A DNA stretch of 64,000 bases from Ophelia neglecta (Eukaryota): positions 14,942,001-15,006,000 of the forward strand of contig OZ260667.1 of assembly GCA_965285935.1 (NCBI GenBank), given 5' to 3'. The translations under genes and the position numbers were made by a program. Of the stretch, positions 47,062 through 57,775 are shown piece by piece. The notes under the pieces were generated by a model. The model worked only from the letters and a program-made list of their open reading frames with translations. It was not told where the DNA came from and ran no database searches. How positions within the stretch are numbered: position 1 is the stretch's first letter; every line of letters starts with the position of its first letter.

Positions 47062-50000
47062 ATAGGGCCGCCCACGTTGGCCGGGGTAAGGCTCCAAATT
47101 TCAATGGCCATATTTATGAGGAAGCAAAGGAGGAATTCACTGCAGGGGAGAAGCTGCCCTCTTTTCACGGCGTGTACATAAGGGGACAGCTTAATGGGAT
47201 CAGTGTGATTTTTACCGTAGATACAGGAGCGACATCGACGGTCGTATCTAGGCGAATATTTAACAGGATTGCAGCAAATAGACGCCCCCTTTTGGAGAAG
47301 GACCCTACGGATAGAGGTCTGAGTCTTGCGAAGGAGGGAATAGAGACTGAATATTTGGGAAGGGGAACCTTCGATGTCACACTAGGCCCCCTCAGATTAC
47401 AGAGGAATTTGAGGGTGGGTGATATTGATGATGATATTTTATTGGGAAGTGATATACTGCTAAGAGACCCATCAGGACCCGCGGACCTGATAAACTCGGA
47501 GAGGCGTCTGATTCTGCAGGGAGTGTCTATTCCAGTGGAGCAGGTTGGCGTTGCTCAGGGCCTAAGGAGAGTAAGAGCGGCAGACAGCCAGTTTATACCA
47601 CCCATGAGTGAAGCTGTGGTGGATGCGTTTTTGTGCAGGAAGGATACAGATACAGAATCCGAGTGGGTCATTGAGTCAGACGAAAATATGTCAATCAGAT
47701 ATAAGTTGATTATGGCCCCCACAGTGGTGGACACTTCACGTACATGTACAGTTAAGGTGAGGTTGATGAATCCAACCAAGGAATCGATATGTATGAGACA
47801 GGACGCGACATTGGGATGGGCTCAGCCAATGATGGAAAAATTGGCTGTAGTAGCGAAGGAGGAAAACCAAGAGGACTGCGGTAATTTTGAAGTTGTTAGA
47901 AGGATTGGAACTTTGCGCAACATACCGAAAAATGACAAGCTCACCAGGGGCATAGGAGTCGAAAACAAGAGACCACTCTCCAATCACCTTACTGCTATGT
48001 TTGATGAAGCCACGCAGGGGAGAAGTGACACGGAGTGCGGGAAGATAACCGAGCTGTTGCATGAATTTGAGGATACATTTTCCAAGGACGGAAATGATCT
48101 GGGAGTTATGAGGGGGGTGTTTCACGAAATTGATACTGGTCAGGCCAAACCAATTAAGCAGGCTCCTCATCGCGTACCATTGGCATTTCAAGGCGAGGAC
48201 AGGAAAGCAACAGAACAACTCCTAAGGCAGGGTACAATACGCCCGTCAACCTCTCCTTGGGCATCGCCTGTTGTTTTGGTGAGAAAGAAGGATGGGTCAG
48301 TTAGGCATTGTGTGGACTATCGGCGAGTCAACGCTGTGACAAGGCCCGATGCTTTCCCCCTGCCTAGAATCCGAGACTGTTTGGATTCAATTTCCGGTTC
48401 GGCGCTTTTCTCTACACTAGACATTACCTCCGCCTATCACCAAATCAAGGTACGGGAGTCAGATATACCAAAAACGGCGTTCGTGACAAGAGGTGGCTTG
48501 TTCGAATATGTTACTATGCCCATGGGCATGATGAACGCGGGAGCTACATGGCAGCGCGCTATAGAGTTGGCCTTGTCGGAATTGCAGTGGACCACATGTC
48601 TGGTTTACTTGGACGATGTCGTGATCTTTAGCTCAACCTTTGAGGAACATGTTTTAAGGATAAAAGCAGTCCTGACTAAAATAAGGGAATCTGGGCTTAA
48701 GTTAAAGCCATCCAAATGTCACCTCTTTCAGGAGAGGGTTGAATTCCTTGGACACGTGATTAGCAGAGACGGACTTCTGCCAAACCCCCGAAACACAGAG
48801 AAGGTGCGTGACTGGCCCTTGCCAGCCAATGTAACGGAAGTACGTGCCTTCCTTGGCCTCGCGAGCTACTATAGGAGGTTCATAAAGCATTTCTCGAGGC
48901 TGGCATCCCCTTTAGTACAGCTGACAAAGAAGGACGGGGACCTCATGTGGTCACCAGAGTGTCAAGAATCTTTTAACTTGCTAAAGGAGAAACTTACTGG
49001 TCCGGACATTATGGCTTACCCACGGGATCAAGGTCAGTTTATTCTAGACACCGACGCTTGTGACCTTAGCGTCGGAGCTGTACTTTCGCAGATGCAGGAC
49101 GGGCAGGAACGCGTGGTGGCCTACGCTAGCCGAGTTTTGGCTAAACCGGAACGTAATTATTGTGTCACAGACAGGGAGCTACTCGCCATAAAGGTTTTTG
49201 TGGAGTATTTTAGGCACTATCTCATAGGGAGGCATTTTTTGGTTAGAACCGACCATATGGCTCTAAGGTGGCTTTTCAGCCTAAAGGACCCTAAAAATCG
49301 TATCGCTCGATGGATTGAAGTCCTGTCAGCTTATGATTTTGAAGTCGAATACAGGAAGGGAGAAAAACACGGAAATGCTGATGGCATGTCCCGATGTCCC
49401 GACCCCAAGGTGTGTAATTGTACAAGTGGCGAACCACTGGATTCTCTGACCTGCGGCCCATGTAAGCGGTGCATTAAGCGCACGGTGGAGATGGGGTTCA
49501 AGGAGCCTACCCGAACTAAGGTTTCTGTGTCGGGGATGGATACAGACCCAGGGGAAGACGGTGATTTTCGGCTAGGCAGAGGGTGCGTCCTTATCAGAAA
49601 TACCAGTGGGGTGACACAGGCTGTAGGACCTTATTCCTCGAAGGTCATTAGGAGAAAACAGTTAGACGACAAAGATATTGGCCCAGTCTTGGGATGGCTC
49701 GAGTCTGGAGAAAGGCCGCCTTCATCTCTCGTATCTTGCAGGAGTCCTGCCTTGCGACATTATTGGCTGAATTGGGACAGTCTGGCCCTGGTGGAGGGAG
49801 TTCTCTACAAGACTTACCACGAGAAGGATGGCACGGGCACGCGTATGCAGCTTATAGTCCCCTTTCCGCTGAGAAGGGAGGTATTTGAGCAGGGACACGC
49901 CTCCCTCCTCTCAGCCCACCTAGGTCAAAAGAGGACTCGGTGCAAGCTTGCACACAGCTATTTTTGGTATGGGATGAGAGAGGATGTCAATAACTGGGTG

Positions 50001-50687
50001 TCTTCTTGCGATACATGCAGCTCCCTGAAGGCTCCACAAACAAGGGCTAGAGCGCCTTTGGGAACAATGACAACAGGCGCCCCGTTCGATAGGTTGGGAA
50101 CTGATATATTGGGCCCCTTGCCCGAAACTCCCAGAAGGAACCGGTACATTCTGACCTGTACAGATTATTTTTCCAAGTGGGTAGAGATTTTCGCCGTACC
50201 CGACCAGACTGCAGTTACGTGCGCCAATAAAATTTTAAACGAAGTTATCTCAAGATACGGCTGTCCCATTGAAATTTTAAGTGACCAAGGCCGAAATTAC
50301 GAGAGCCAGATTTTCTCAGAACTTTGCTCCACCCTTGAGATACGCAAGGTTAGGACATCCGTTGCCAACCCAAAGTGCAACGGACAAACAGAAAGATTTA
50401 ACCGGACACTCCTCAGGATGATTAAAGCCTATTTGAGACAAGAGGATAATGAATGGGATCTGTACCTAGGATGTCTGGCCGGCGCATACAGGTCAACTGT
50501 TCATGAGGCCACAGGCCTAACACCAAACCTTCTTGTCTTGGGAAAGGAGGTGCGCCTTCCTGTAGAGTTGATGTACAGCCCATGTACCAGTGTAGGCACA
50601 GGATACAATTCTTACGGCGAGTTTGCTAATAAGCTGAGAGAAAGGATGGGGGAGATCCCAAGGAGGTGGTCTCTCCGGCTGCCGTGA
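46926..50687 (+). CDS. pol: Pol polyprotein (aspartic protease, RT, RNase H, integrase with truncated C-terminus), probably expressed by frameshift near 47058
   Basis: VDTGA protease; YLDD RT; LDTDAC...RELLAI...TDH RNase H; H..H...CDTC and D,D35E integrase core (DILGP, SDQG, TERFNR). Confidence 0.96.
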   Translation: MSPLRGSRSCGPLLQTIPFTVRRGSACLPESGESDTWSSEESFKLDRAAHVGRGKAPNFNGHIYEEAKEEFTAGEKLPSFHGVYIRGQLNGISVIFTVDTGATSTVVSRRIFNRIAANRRPLLEKDPTDRGLSLAKEGIETEYLGRGTFDVTLGPLRLQRNLRVGDIDDDILLGSDILLRDPSGPADLINSERRLILQGVSIPVEQVGVAQGLRRVRAADSQFIPPMSEAVVDAFLCRKDTDTESEWVIESDENMSIRYKLIMAPTVVDTSRTCTVKVRLMNPTKESICMRQDATLGWAQPMMEKLAVVAKEENQEDCGNFEVVRRIGTLRNIPKNDKLTRGIGVENKRPLSNHLTAMFDEATQGRSDTECGKITELLHEFEDTFSKDGNDLGVMRGVFHEIDTGQAKPIKQAPHRVPLAFQGEDRKATEQLLRQGTIRPSTSPWASPVVLVRKKDGSVRHCVDYRRVNAVTRPDAFPLPRIRDCLDSISGSALFSTLDITSAYHQIKVRESDIPKTAFVTRGGLFEYVTMPMGMMNAGATWQRAIELALSELQWTTCLVYLDDVVIFSSTFEEHVLRIKAVLTKIRESGLKLKPSKCHLFQERVEFLGHVISRDGLLPNPRNTEKVRDWPLPANVTEVRAFLGLASYYRRFIKHFSRLASPLVQLTKKDGDLMWSPECQESFNLLKEKLTGPDIMAYPRDQGQFILDTDACDLSVGAVLSQMQDGQERVVAYASRVLAKPERNYCVTDRELLAIKVFVEYFRHYLIGRHFLVRTDHMALRWLFSLKDPKNRIARWIEVLSAYDFEVEYRKGEKHGNADGMSRCPDPKVCNCTSGEPLDSLTCGPCKRCIKRTVEMGFKEPTRTKVSVSGMDTDPGEDGDFRLGRGCVLIRNTSGVTQAVGPYSSKVIRRKQLDDKDIGPVLGWLESGERPPSSLVSCRSPALRHYWLNWDSLALVEGVLYKTYHEKDGTGTRMQLIVPFPLRREVFEQGHASLLSAHLGQKRTRCKLAHSYFWYGMREDVNNWVSSCDTCSSLKAPQTRARAPLGTMTTGAPFDRLGTDILGPLPETPRRNRYILTCTDYFSKWVEIFAVPDQTAVTCANKILNEVISRYGCPIEILSDQGRNYESQIFSELCSTLEIRKVRTSVANPKCNGQTERFNRTLLRMIKAYLRQEDNEWDLYLGCLAGAYRSTVHEATGLTPNLLVLGKEVRLPVELMYSPCTSVGTGYNSYGEFANKLRERMGEIPRRWSLRLP
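47052..47095 (+). promoter_or_regulatory. -1 ribosomal frameshift signal between gag and pol
   Basis: T TTA AAC heptamer in the gag frame directly before the gag TAG; pol is in the -1 frame; a GC-rich GGCC...GGCC stem follows. Confidence 0.85.
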
Positions 50688-51607
50688 TTACTGTGACTAA
50701 GAAAAACAAGAAGAAGAAGGAAAAAAGGGAGAAGAAGAGGCACTCTATCTATCTCGAGGCCTCAGAGCTCAAGCCTTCTGACCCTAGGGAGAAGACCCCC
50801 TTAAAAGCTCCTGTGTCTGCAACCAAGTCACAGCCATCACCAGTAAAATGTGGAAAGGAAAACGTGATCGCGTCACCTGGAAAGGCTACCAAGAGGAAAA
50901 TCTTGTCGGAAATCACCATCGTGCCACGACAGGAACATTTTGGCGAGCCCCCACACAAGAAGATGACACTGGAGACGACCCCTGCCCTTTTGACCCCGAC
51001 AACGCAACCGACGCCGCAACCAACGGGTCAAGGGTGCTCAGCCACCGCCTCCGGGGATTTCATCAGGAGGGATCAACTGGAGGAGGTGGTGGCGGCCACT
51101 GTCAAAGCTACCATCGGTGGCATGGCCGATAGTTTAGCTCAGGCCATGAGGTCAGTCATGCCTGCCCACACAGCCCTTGACGTCCTTGTCAGCCAAATGC
51201 AACAGACCAACACCGAACTGTCAAGGCTCACCGTAAATGTTTCGCAGCTTCTTGATAGATTTAACACCTACGACTATCGAGAGGAGATAGCCGGAGGCCT
51301 TAAGGCTAATCGGGATAGCCTAGCCACTGTTGCGAGAGCCATGGACTCTTTTGCTAACACGAGCTCACGACTTGTGACTGCCGAGGAGAGGATTGCTGGC
51401 ACCTACCAGTTCGAACACACTGTGATGCGGAACATCTTTAAGACAACCAACGAGGCCCTACGTGGAGTGGTGGCCACCACGGAACAGGCAAGCAGGACCA
51501 GTGCCGCCCTGGCAGAATGCATGCGAAGCAGGGACCCGGCACAGGAACAGAGGACAGAGGGAAGCCAACCGATCATCACGGCACTGACCAAGACTTTCAA
51601 AAAGTGA
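50666..51607 (+). CDS. Third ORF of the element, unknown function, apparently 5'-truncated (Lys-rich NLS-like segment, P/T-rich linker, helical C-terminal half)
   Basis: 313-codon open frame without an early ATG, overlapping the aberrant end of pol. Confidence 0.6.
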   Translation: MVSPAAVITVTKKNKKKKEKREKKRHSIYLEASELKPSDPREKTPLKAPVSATKSQPSPVKCGKENVIASPGKATKRKILSEITIVPRQEHFGEPPHKKMTLETTPALLTPTTQPTPQPTGQGCSATASGDFIRRDQLEEVVAATVKATIGGMADSLAQAMRSVMPAHTALDVLVSQMQQTNTELSRLTVNVSQLLDRFNTYDYREEIAGGLKANRDSLATVARAMDSFANTSSRLVTAEERIAGTYQFEHTVMRNIFKTTNEALRGVVATTEQASRTSAALAECMRSRDPAQEQRTEGSQPIITALTKTFKK

Positions 51608-51678
51608 AGACATCGATACAAGAGCGCGTTTTTCTTCTTAGGGGGTAAATTGTATTCATGGGGACATGAATTTTTTTT

Positions 51679-51692
51679 AAGGCAGAGGGTAT
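51679..51692 (+). promoter_or_regulatory. Polypurine tract
   Basis: aaggcagagggtat immediately before the 3' LTR. Confidence 0.75.
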
Positions 51693-53358
51693 TGTTGCAA
51701 ATAGCTTTTCTTGCGTTTAACTTGTATTTTATACACATTTGTTCTCTATTATTGTATTTCCATGTTACTTTGAGTAAACCACGGTGGTAGATAATCCGTG
51801 GGTTTTGTGTCAGTATTCTTGGTAATACTTGCTTTATCGCTCGTGAGCATGGCTGTAGTTCTCCCATGCACTGTATTTTCTCGTTTATCGAATGTTTGAC
51901 AGTTATTCTAGTACACCAGGCCGTAACAGGAGGTGTTATATTTACCTTTGCATTTGTAATCGTACTTGTATATCGTTATTCACTTGTTATTCGCGATTTC
52001 GGACTGTATTTCGTCCGAAGCTGTCGACATAGTCGACCATGTTGGATTTGTGCTGTTTTCGTCGCTCCGCACGCGACTTGCCTAGTTACGTCGTTTAACA
52101 GTTATTTTCGTATTCATGTGCATGTAATGGTGTCTTATTTATAATATTACGCTTTCAAATAACTTGTTTTATTCTTAGTATTGCTTGCATGTGTGTGTAA
52201 GGGGAATTTACGCAGGTATTTTTATTTTGGTTTGCCCATTCTGGCTTGTGACGATAGGTGTCGCTCATCAATTTTTGCTCATTAGCCAGGAGCTCGTGAC
52301 AGGTATGACGTCACCTGCCCAATTTAATCGTCTGCTCTGTGTCAGAGCCGGCATTGTCGTCTCGGACTCTCAAAGGTACACACGCATCTTAGGAACATTG
52401 CTCAGGAAAAACCTCACCTTATGAGGCCATTCCACAGTTAGCTTAGCTATTTCTGAATTTTTTTTCACTTAGTTTCAATATATAGGGAACCCAGTTAGAT
52501 ACAGTATTCTGTTCTTTTTCGTGCTAGATGCATTAAGCATCTTCCACAGCTTTTCGTAGCTTTACCTTGTAAAACCTTACGTTACCTTGTTGGGTAGGTT
52601 AGGGCCGTATCCCAAGGAGGCGGTACGGTCCGATATAACTATTAACTTGTTTTACACCTGTGGACCTTCTGATTAACCTTCTCTGCCAATTTTCACCTCC
52701 CCTTTACTAAATTTTGCTGATCCTCACACAACCTTACAAAACCTCATGGAACCTTACAGGACCTCACGAAACCTTACAATACCTTAAGGACCCTCACGGA
52801 ACATTCCAGGCTCTGTGATAAACCTCACTGGACCTCATTCTCTTTTATTTTCTGTGGCGGGGGCCTCTGTTTACTTACTACCTGTCTTTTGTACCTACCT
52901 GCACCTGCGTAATCCCCATTTTTCTGCTTTCTATAAAACTTGAAGTATTTACATTGTTCAGGCTCACATATCTAGCCATACCTTGGATCTGCACAGGCCT
53001 GTGGCAGGGAGTCACACCGATGTGTTACTTTGTAACGTTGTAGATATCGTTATTTACATGCATGTCGTTTTATTGATACATTTCGCTCCAGTTGTGTCAT
53101 ATCGTAGTTATTAATGATGTTTGCCTATCAGGGCTGAATAAAAAGTGAATTTTACCCATTGTCTCATCACTGACTTCAACATACCTCAGCGTTTAGTGAG
53201 GTTTAGGAATTAAACTTGCAATATCAGGCGTAGGAAACTTACCGTCATCGTAGTAGGAAACGGTGATATATTAAAACCTTAATAGATCTTACGAGGCAAT
53301 ACTTGGCCCAAAAATAATTTCATAGTGTCAACACCTGGCCGCATCGGTGATCGTAACA
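51693..53358 (+). repeat. 3' LTR (1666 bp)
   Basis: Matches the 5' LTR at offset 8974; followed by TSD AGAG. Confidence 0.97.
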
Positions 53359-53477
53359 AGAGATAATACAAGTACATATTGCACTAAAATCTGTCAGGAT
53401 CATGTGAGTTTGAAAAAAACTTGATGCTGGGCATGCTGTTGAAGGCCATGCCAGCTTCTTTAATCTAGTACAAGAAA

Positions 53478-56400
53478 TTATAATGCACTAGATGATGGGG
53501 ACAAGTCTTCCATGGTGATGATGGTCTCATAGATTCCACTAGCACTCGAGTCGGAGTTGCTGTTCCCGTTGCTGGCGGCTATCCCACAATGCTGGAGCTT
53601 TCTGGTGTTCTCCATGTGGTGTTTCTCCAGAGAGCCAGGGGCCACGTCCTCGTTGAATGCCCCACTGCTGAGTGACATCCTTATGGTAGTTTCCTTGTCA
53701 GAGCCCACGGCCAGGCAATTTTCACTCAACACCAAATTGTGTTTATAGGTTGAAGGGCCATCTTTGGCATAACCCACAGTTTCTGTGCTTGTGCTCTCTT
53801 GCGAGGTGCTGCACTGAGCCAATTTGTCAAATGTGTACGACCTGGGTCGGTTACATTCCACCTCAGGTAAGCCCAAGGCCCCGCTCCCACTTAGAGGGCT
53901 GCTGTCAGGTGACGACATGCTCTCAGCCGATGAGCTGTCCTGAGGACAACTATTCAACATGACCCCCTTGTGACAAGGACTACGCTGGGGAGTAGATATC
54001 AGTCGGTGAGTGCTCCCCTGGGAGCTGACATCCAGACTTGAGTCGTCTGTGTAGCCCTGAGAGTTGAGAATTTCGCTGGACTTCTCAGACTGCTCATGGA
54101 TGCTATCACCAATGCTCAGACTCTGATGCTTGAAACTTCTCCTGTGAGCCACCATGTCTGGGACTTCACCATCCACAAAGCTGACACTACGGCTAGAGGT
54201 GGGAGAGCCATGGCCTCCGCTGGGTCTGTGAATGGCTGGCTCTCCGTGACTGTGGTACTGGGCAGACGCTGCCATCACATCAATCTGGACCTCCAATGGC
54301 GGAATTATGGCAGAAGTGTTATCCTTATCACTGCAGGAGAAAAATAACTATATTCAATATCATCGAATTGTCTTTCTATGAGAAAATTTATTTAATACCA
54401 TTATATATTGTAATATTAAAGTGCTTATTCCTAAGCAGGTAAACATACCGGTTACAGATTGAACCAGCCAGAGCTTTTGTGCTGGCATCATCTCCAAAGG
54501 AGACTGTCGCTGATTTGGCATCTAAACTGAAATTGGCCGACTCGCTGCTCAAGCTGGCTCTCTTTTGAAGTCCAGAGCCTGTGGCCACATCCGCCTGGAC
54601 TTCTAGTCTGTATTCAGACAACATAATCTTACAAATAAAAAGCCATGGCACATGATGAGGGACTTAAGACTGCACAAAATAAGGTGGTTTTTTAATTTCC
54701 AACATATTCTTAACCCACTCTTCCTACCTATTGTGATAAGCGGAGGCAGCTCCCTCACACAAGCTGCCGTTCAGACTGGCCCCAGCGATGGCCCTGTTAC
54801 TAGCCGAGTCTCGATCGGCCGAGTCTTCTCGTATTATCCCCACTCTGTCAATATGGCTTCCACTGGCACTCAAACTGTTTGTCATTCCTACAGACATCTC
54901 GCCAATACTCGGGCCAATGCTCGGGTTGGCTACATTGTGACTGGCCATTTCTGCACTCTGTGTATCTGCTGTAGCTGTGGGCAAAATACAAAACAATTAA
55001 ACGGTGGTTAAAATTAATGGAGCTTAGCTAAAACCATATCCTTTTTAACACATGTAAACCTGTCTTATATTTTTCTTGCAAATGTGCTAAAAAAAAACCT
55101 AACTGTAAAATTTGCATGCTCTACTGACATAGCAAAGTCTTAGCATGGTAAGAAATATTTCACATTTAATATTTTAGTAGACCCCTTCATCATTTGACAT
55201 GACTATACAGAAACTAACCTGCAAATGGACCGGTTACCCCTGCAGACCCCTCTTGTTCCTCGTCGAAGTCGAAACGCACACCCCCTGCGTTGGTGGTGGT
55301 TACACCGCAACCACCACTACGGCAGAGAGAGATTGGCACGACGCCGTACACATAGGCCAGCAGGATGGGAACGCCAATACCTGAAACCCACACCAAACCA
55401 TACACATGTTGGTAGGTTAGAACACAACCAACCTCTTCCTTAGTTAGCTTGTCTAATATAAATCAGAGTCAGGGAAACTTTCAAATATTATCACATAAAC
55501 TTGTTTTATGAGGAACAACTCAGGCAATATATGTACTACTTTGGTAAAACCACGGAAACCTAATGTTCTGATTAATTAGACTTACCAACAGCCAAACCAG
55601 CAAATATAGGTGAAACCAGTACAGAGGCTGTAACACCTCCTGTGATTATCAGGTTTCTCTTGTGTTTGGATGCATGTTCATATTTGGCATGTAACTGGAG
55701 TCAAGTAACAGAAGACTGTATATTAATGAACATTCAATTTAGATGTTGCATTCATTAAATAATAGTTTTTTCAATATCTTATGTTTCCATCCTGTTTAGT
55801 GAATTTACCGTAAAATTTGGTTGGTCAAATTTGTAGCAGTAATAGTTTGTGTCAGAGTTCAAACTGGCATTATATTATGCTCCAATCTCAGTATTAACTT
55901 CCATAATAAAGTGTGTTTTTTTCAATTTGCTATGGTAATACATTACACCCAAAGTAAATCAATATAGCTTATAAATGCCATGTTATAGCTCTTCATCCAA
56001 GTCAGTTTAGGCAATGTGGCAACTAAGGTTAAACTTTTGTAAAATAGATACAGGTTCCATTGAAAGAATATCTTTAGTGGTGTGCCTACCTTCCTGCCAA
56101 CCCAGACTGGAACTCCGATGATGATAGCTGGGACAGCAATGCCAGCAATCAGACTGATTCCAAGGGGGGCTCCCACCAAAGTGCCTAGCTGCCACAGAAT
56201 CTTTTTCTTACGACTCCAGGGCTTCTTTCCCCAAAATGTACACCCAGAAGGACTAAAAATGCAGCAAACAGTTATATATTTAAAAAGCTGAATTCTCAGT
56301 GTCTTCCAGGATAACATACCTTGGTCCAGCTTAAATGTTAGTGGTTAACTTAGCTTGCTAAAAAAATGGTCACCTAATCAGAATGCAATGTTTAACTTTA

Positions 56401-57775
56401 AGGAAGAAACAGATGAGCTTATTTATTGTGACACTTATTAAGACAGTAGTATTCACCTCAGATAGTGTAGATCAGATATTTCCTTCATACACAGCCAACA
56501 GAACTCTGCTCCACACACTGCACAAGTCATGTGATTACATGACCCGTCATCCATTTTGATGATAAAAGCACCACAGCGTGGACATGGCTTGATCTCTCCT
56601 GAGGACAACAAATCAATAACTATCACTAAAGACTCAAGGCACACCTACAATAACTAAGTATTTTCTTAGGTACATCAGTAGCATTGGCTGCTATGATTTT
56701 CATGCACTTTTCTTGAGGTATCTCGGGAATAGGTAATATTAGGACAAAAGCCTTAACGAGATATTAGTTTAATGCTGTTCTTTGATTTGAGTTTCTTCAG
56801 AACATATATATATACATATATCTGGACAACAATTCCCAAATGGACTGTAAAAAGGCCACCACTATTACCGGAGTTAGAGTCATGGCTGTAACTGATGGAG
56901 GAGCTGCGTAGATTGGATGAGCGCTCGGCTCTAGCAGCGTCACAAGTCTGATTGGGATGCCAATACTGCTTACAGTGATAACAAAAATAGGTATCACATC
57001 CTGAACGTTTACATCGGATCTTAGGACAACTAGCACAGCCAGCAGCAATGACCGCATACCTGTCAAAATTATTACAATAACTTACTACTTAATTCATATA
57101 ATTGTTTAACTAATTCAGGCGAAAGCAAACACTCTGTTTAATTCCTCCACTAAAAAGAATACATGGTACCAAATAATGCTAGCTCTCTTACCCACAGTCA
57201 GGTGCAGGGCACCATCTGGTATCTGGGTCAATCACCAAAATTCGACGTAACATGAACTCTTCATATTTTGCCATTAGCTTTTCGTCCTCAAGGATCATCT
57301 TGATGTCATTAGGGTGGAATTTCTCCGCACACTCTGGGCAGGCAATGTTAACACGACTTTCTGTGATCTCGATTCTTAAGTACTGCTTCAAACAATCTTT
57401 ACAGGAGCGATGATGACATGTCATAATCACTGGAAAGCTTTCTCTGGGCTGTGGCACCAAGCATAATGGACATTCTAGACAATCTTTGGAATACTTGTTC
57501 ATGGCACTAGTACTACTGCAACTATTGCTTTCATCCGAGCTGGTGTTTTGTAATGTGACCTCTTTGTCGGTGGGCGAGCCATGAAGGCTGCTGACCGATC
57601 TAGACTCTATTTCAGCAGAGCGAACCATTCGCTGGGGCCTAGGAGTCGACAAGGACATGGATCGCCCAGAGGAGAACAGTCTCTGGAGGGAGAAACGTGA
57701 ACGTTTTCGTCGTTCCATTGACGAACGAGACCTCCCTGAGGTAGAGGAAAAGCTGTCAACATCTTTCTTTCCCAT
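53478..57775 (-). CDS. RNF19A: RBR E3 ubiquitin ligase, RNF19A/B family (RING1-IBR-RING2, two TM segments, Ser-rich tail), about 867 aa
   Basis: Exons 57775-57192, 57059-56869, 56598-56457, 56252-56090, 55694-55586, 55380-55219, 54968 (or 54974)-54728, 54607-54449, 54330-53478. Motifs [64 protein letters not shown] and [18 protein letters not shown]. Confidence 0.95.

Larger units (their letters stand above)
42719..53358 (+). mobile_element. Young, rearranged Ty3/Gypsy LTR retrotransposon (10,640 bp)
   Basis: TG...CA LTRs of equal length (1666 bp), 4-bp TSD AGAG (42715-42718 and 53359-53362), PBS, gag, pol in PR-RT-RH-IN order, and PPT. Confidence 0.98.

Noticed and set aside
50666-51607. 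ORF3 as an env gene
   Set aside because: No signal peptide, transmembrane anchor or evident furin-site/fusion-peptide arrangement.
53557-56291. Plus-strand ORFs overlapping RNF19 exons
   Set aside because: Antisense shadows of coding exons.
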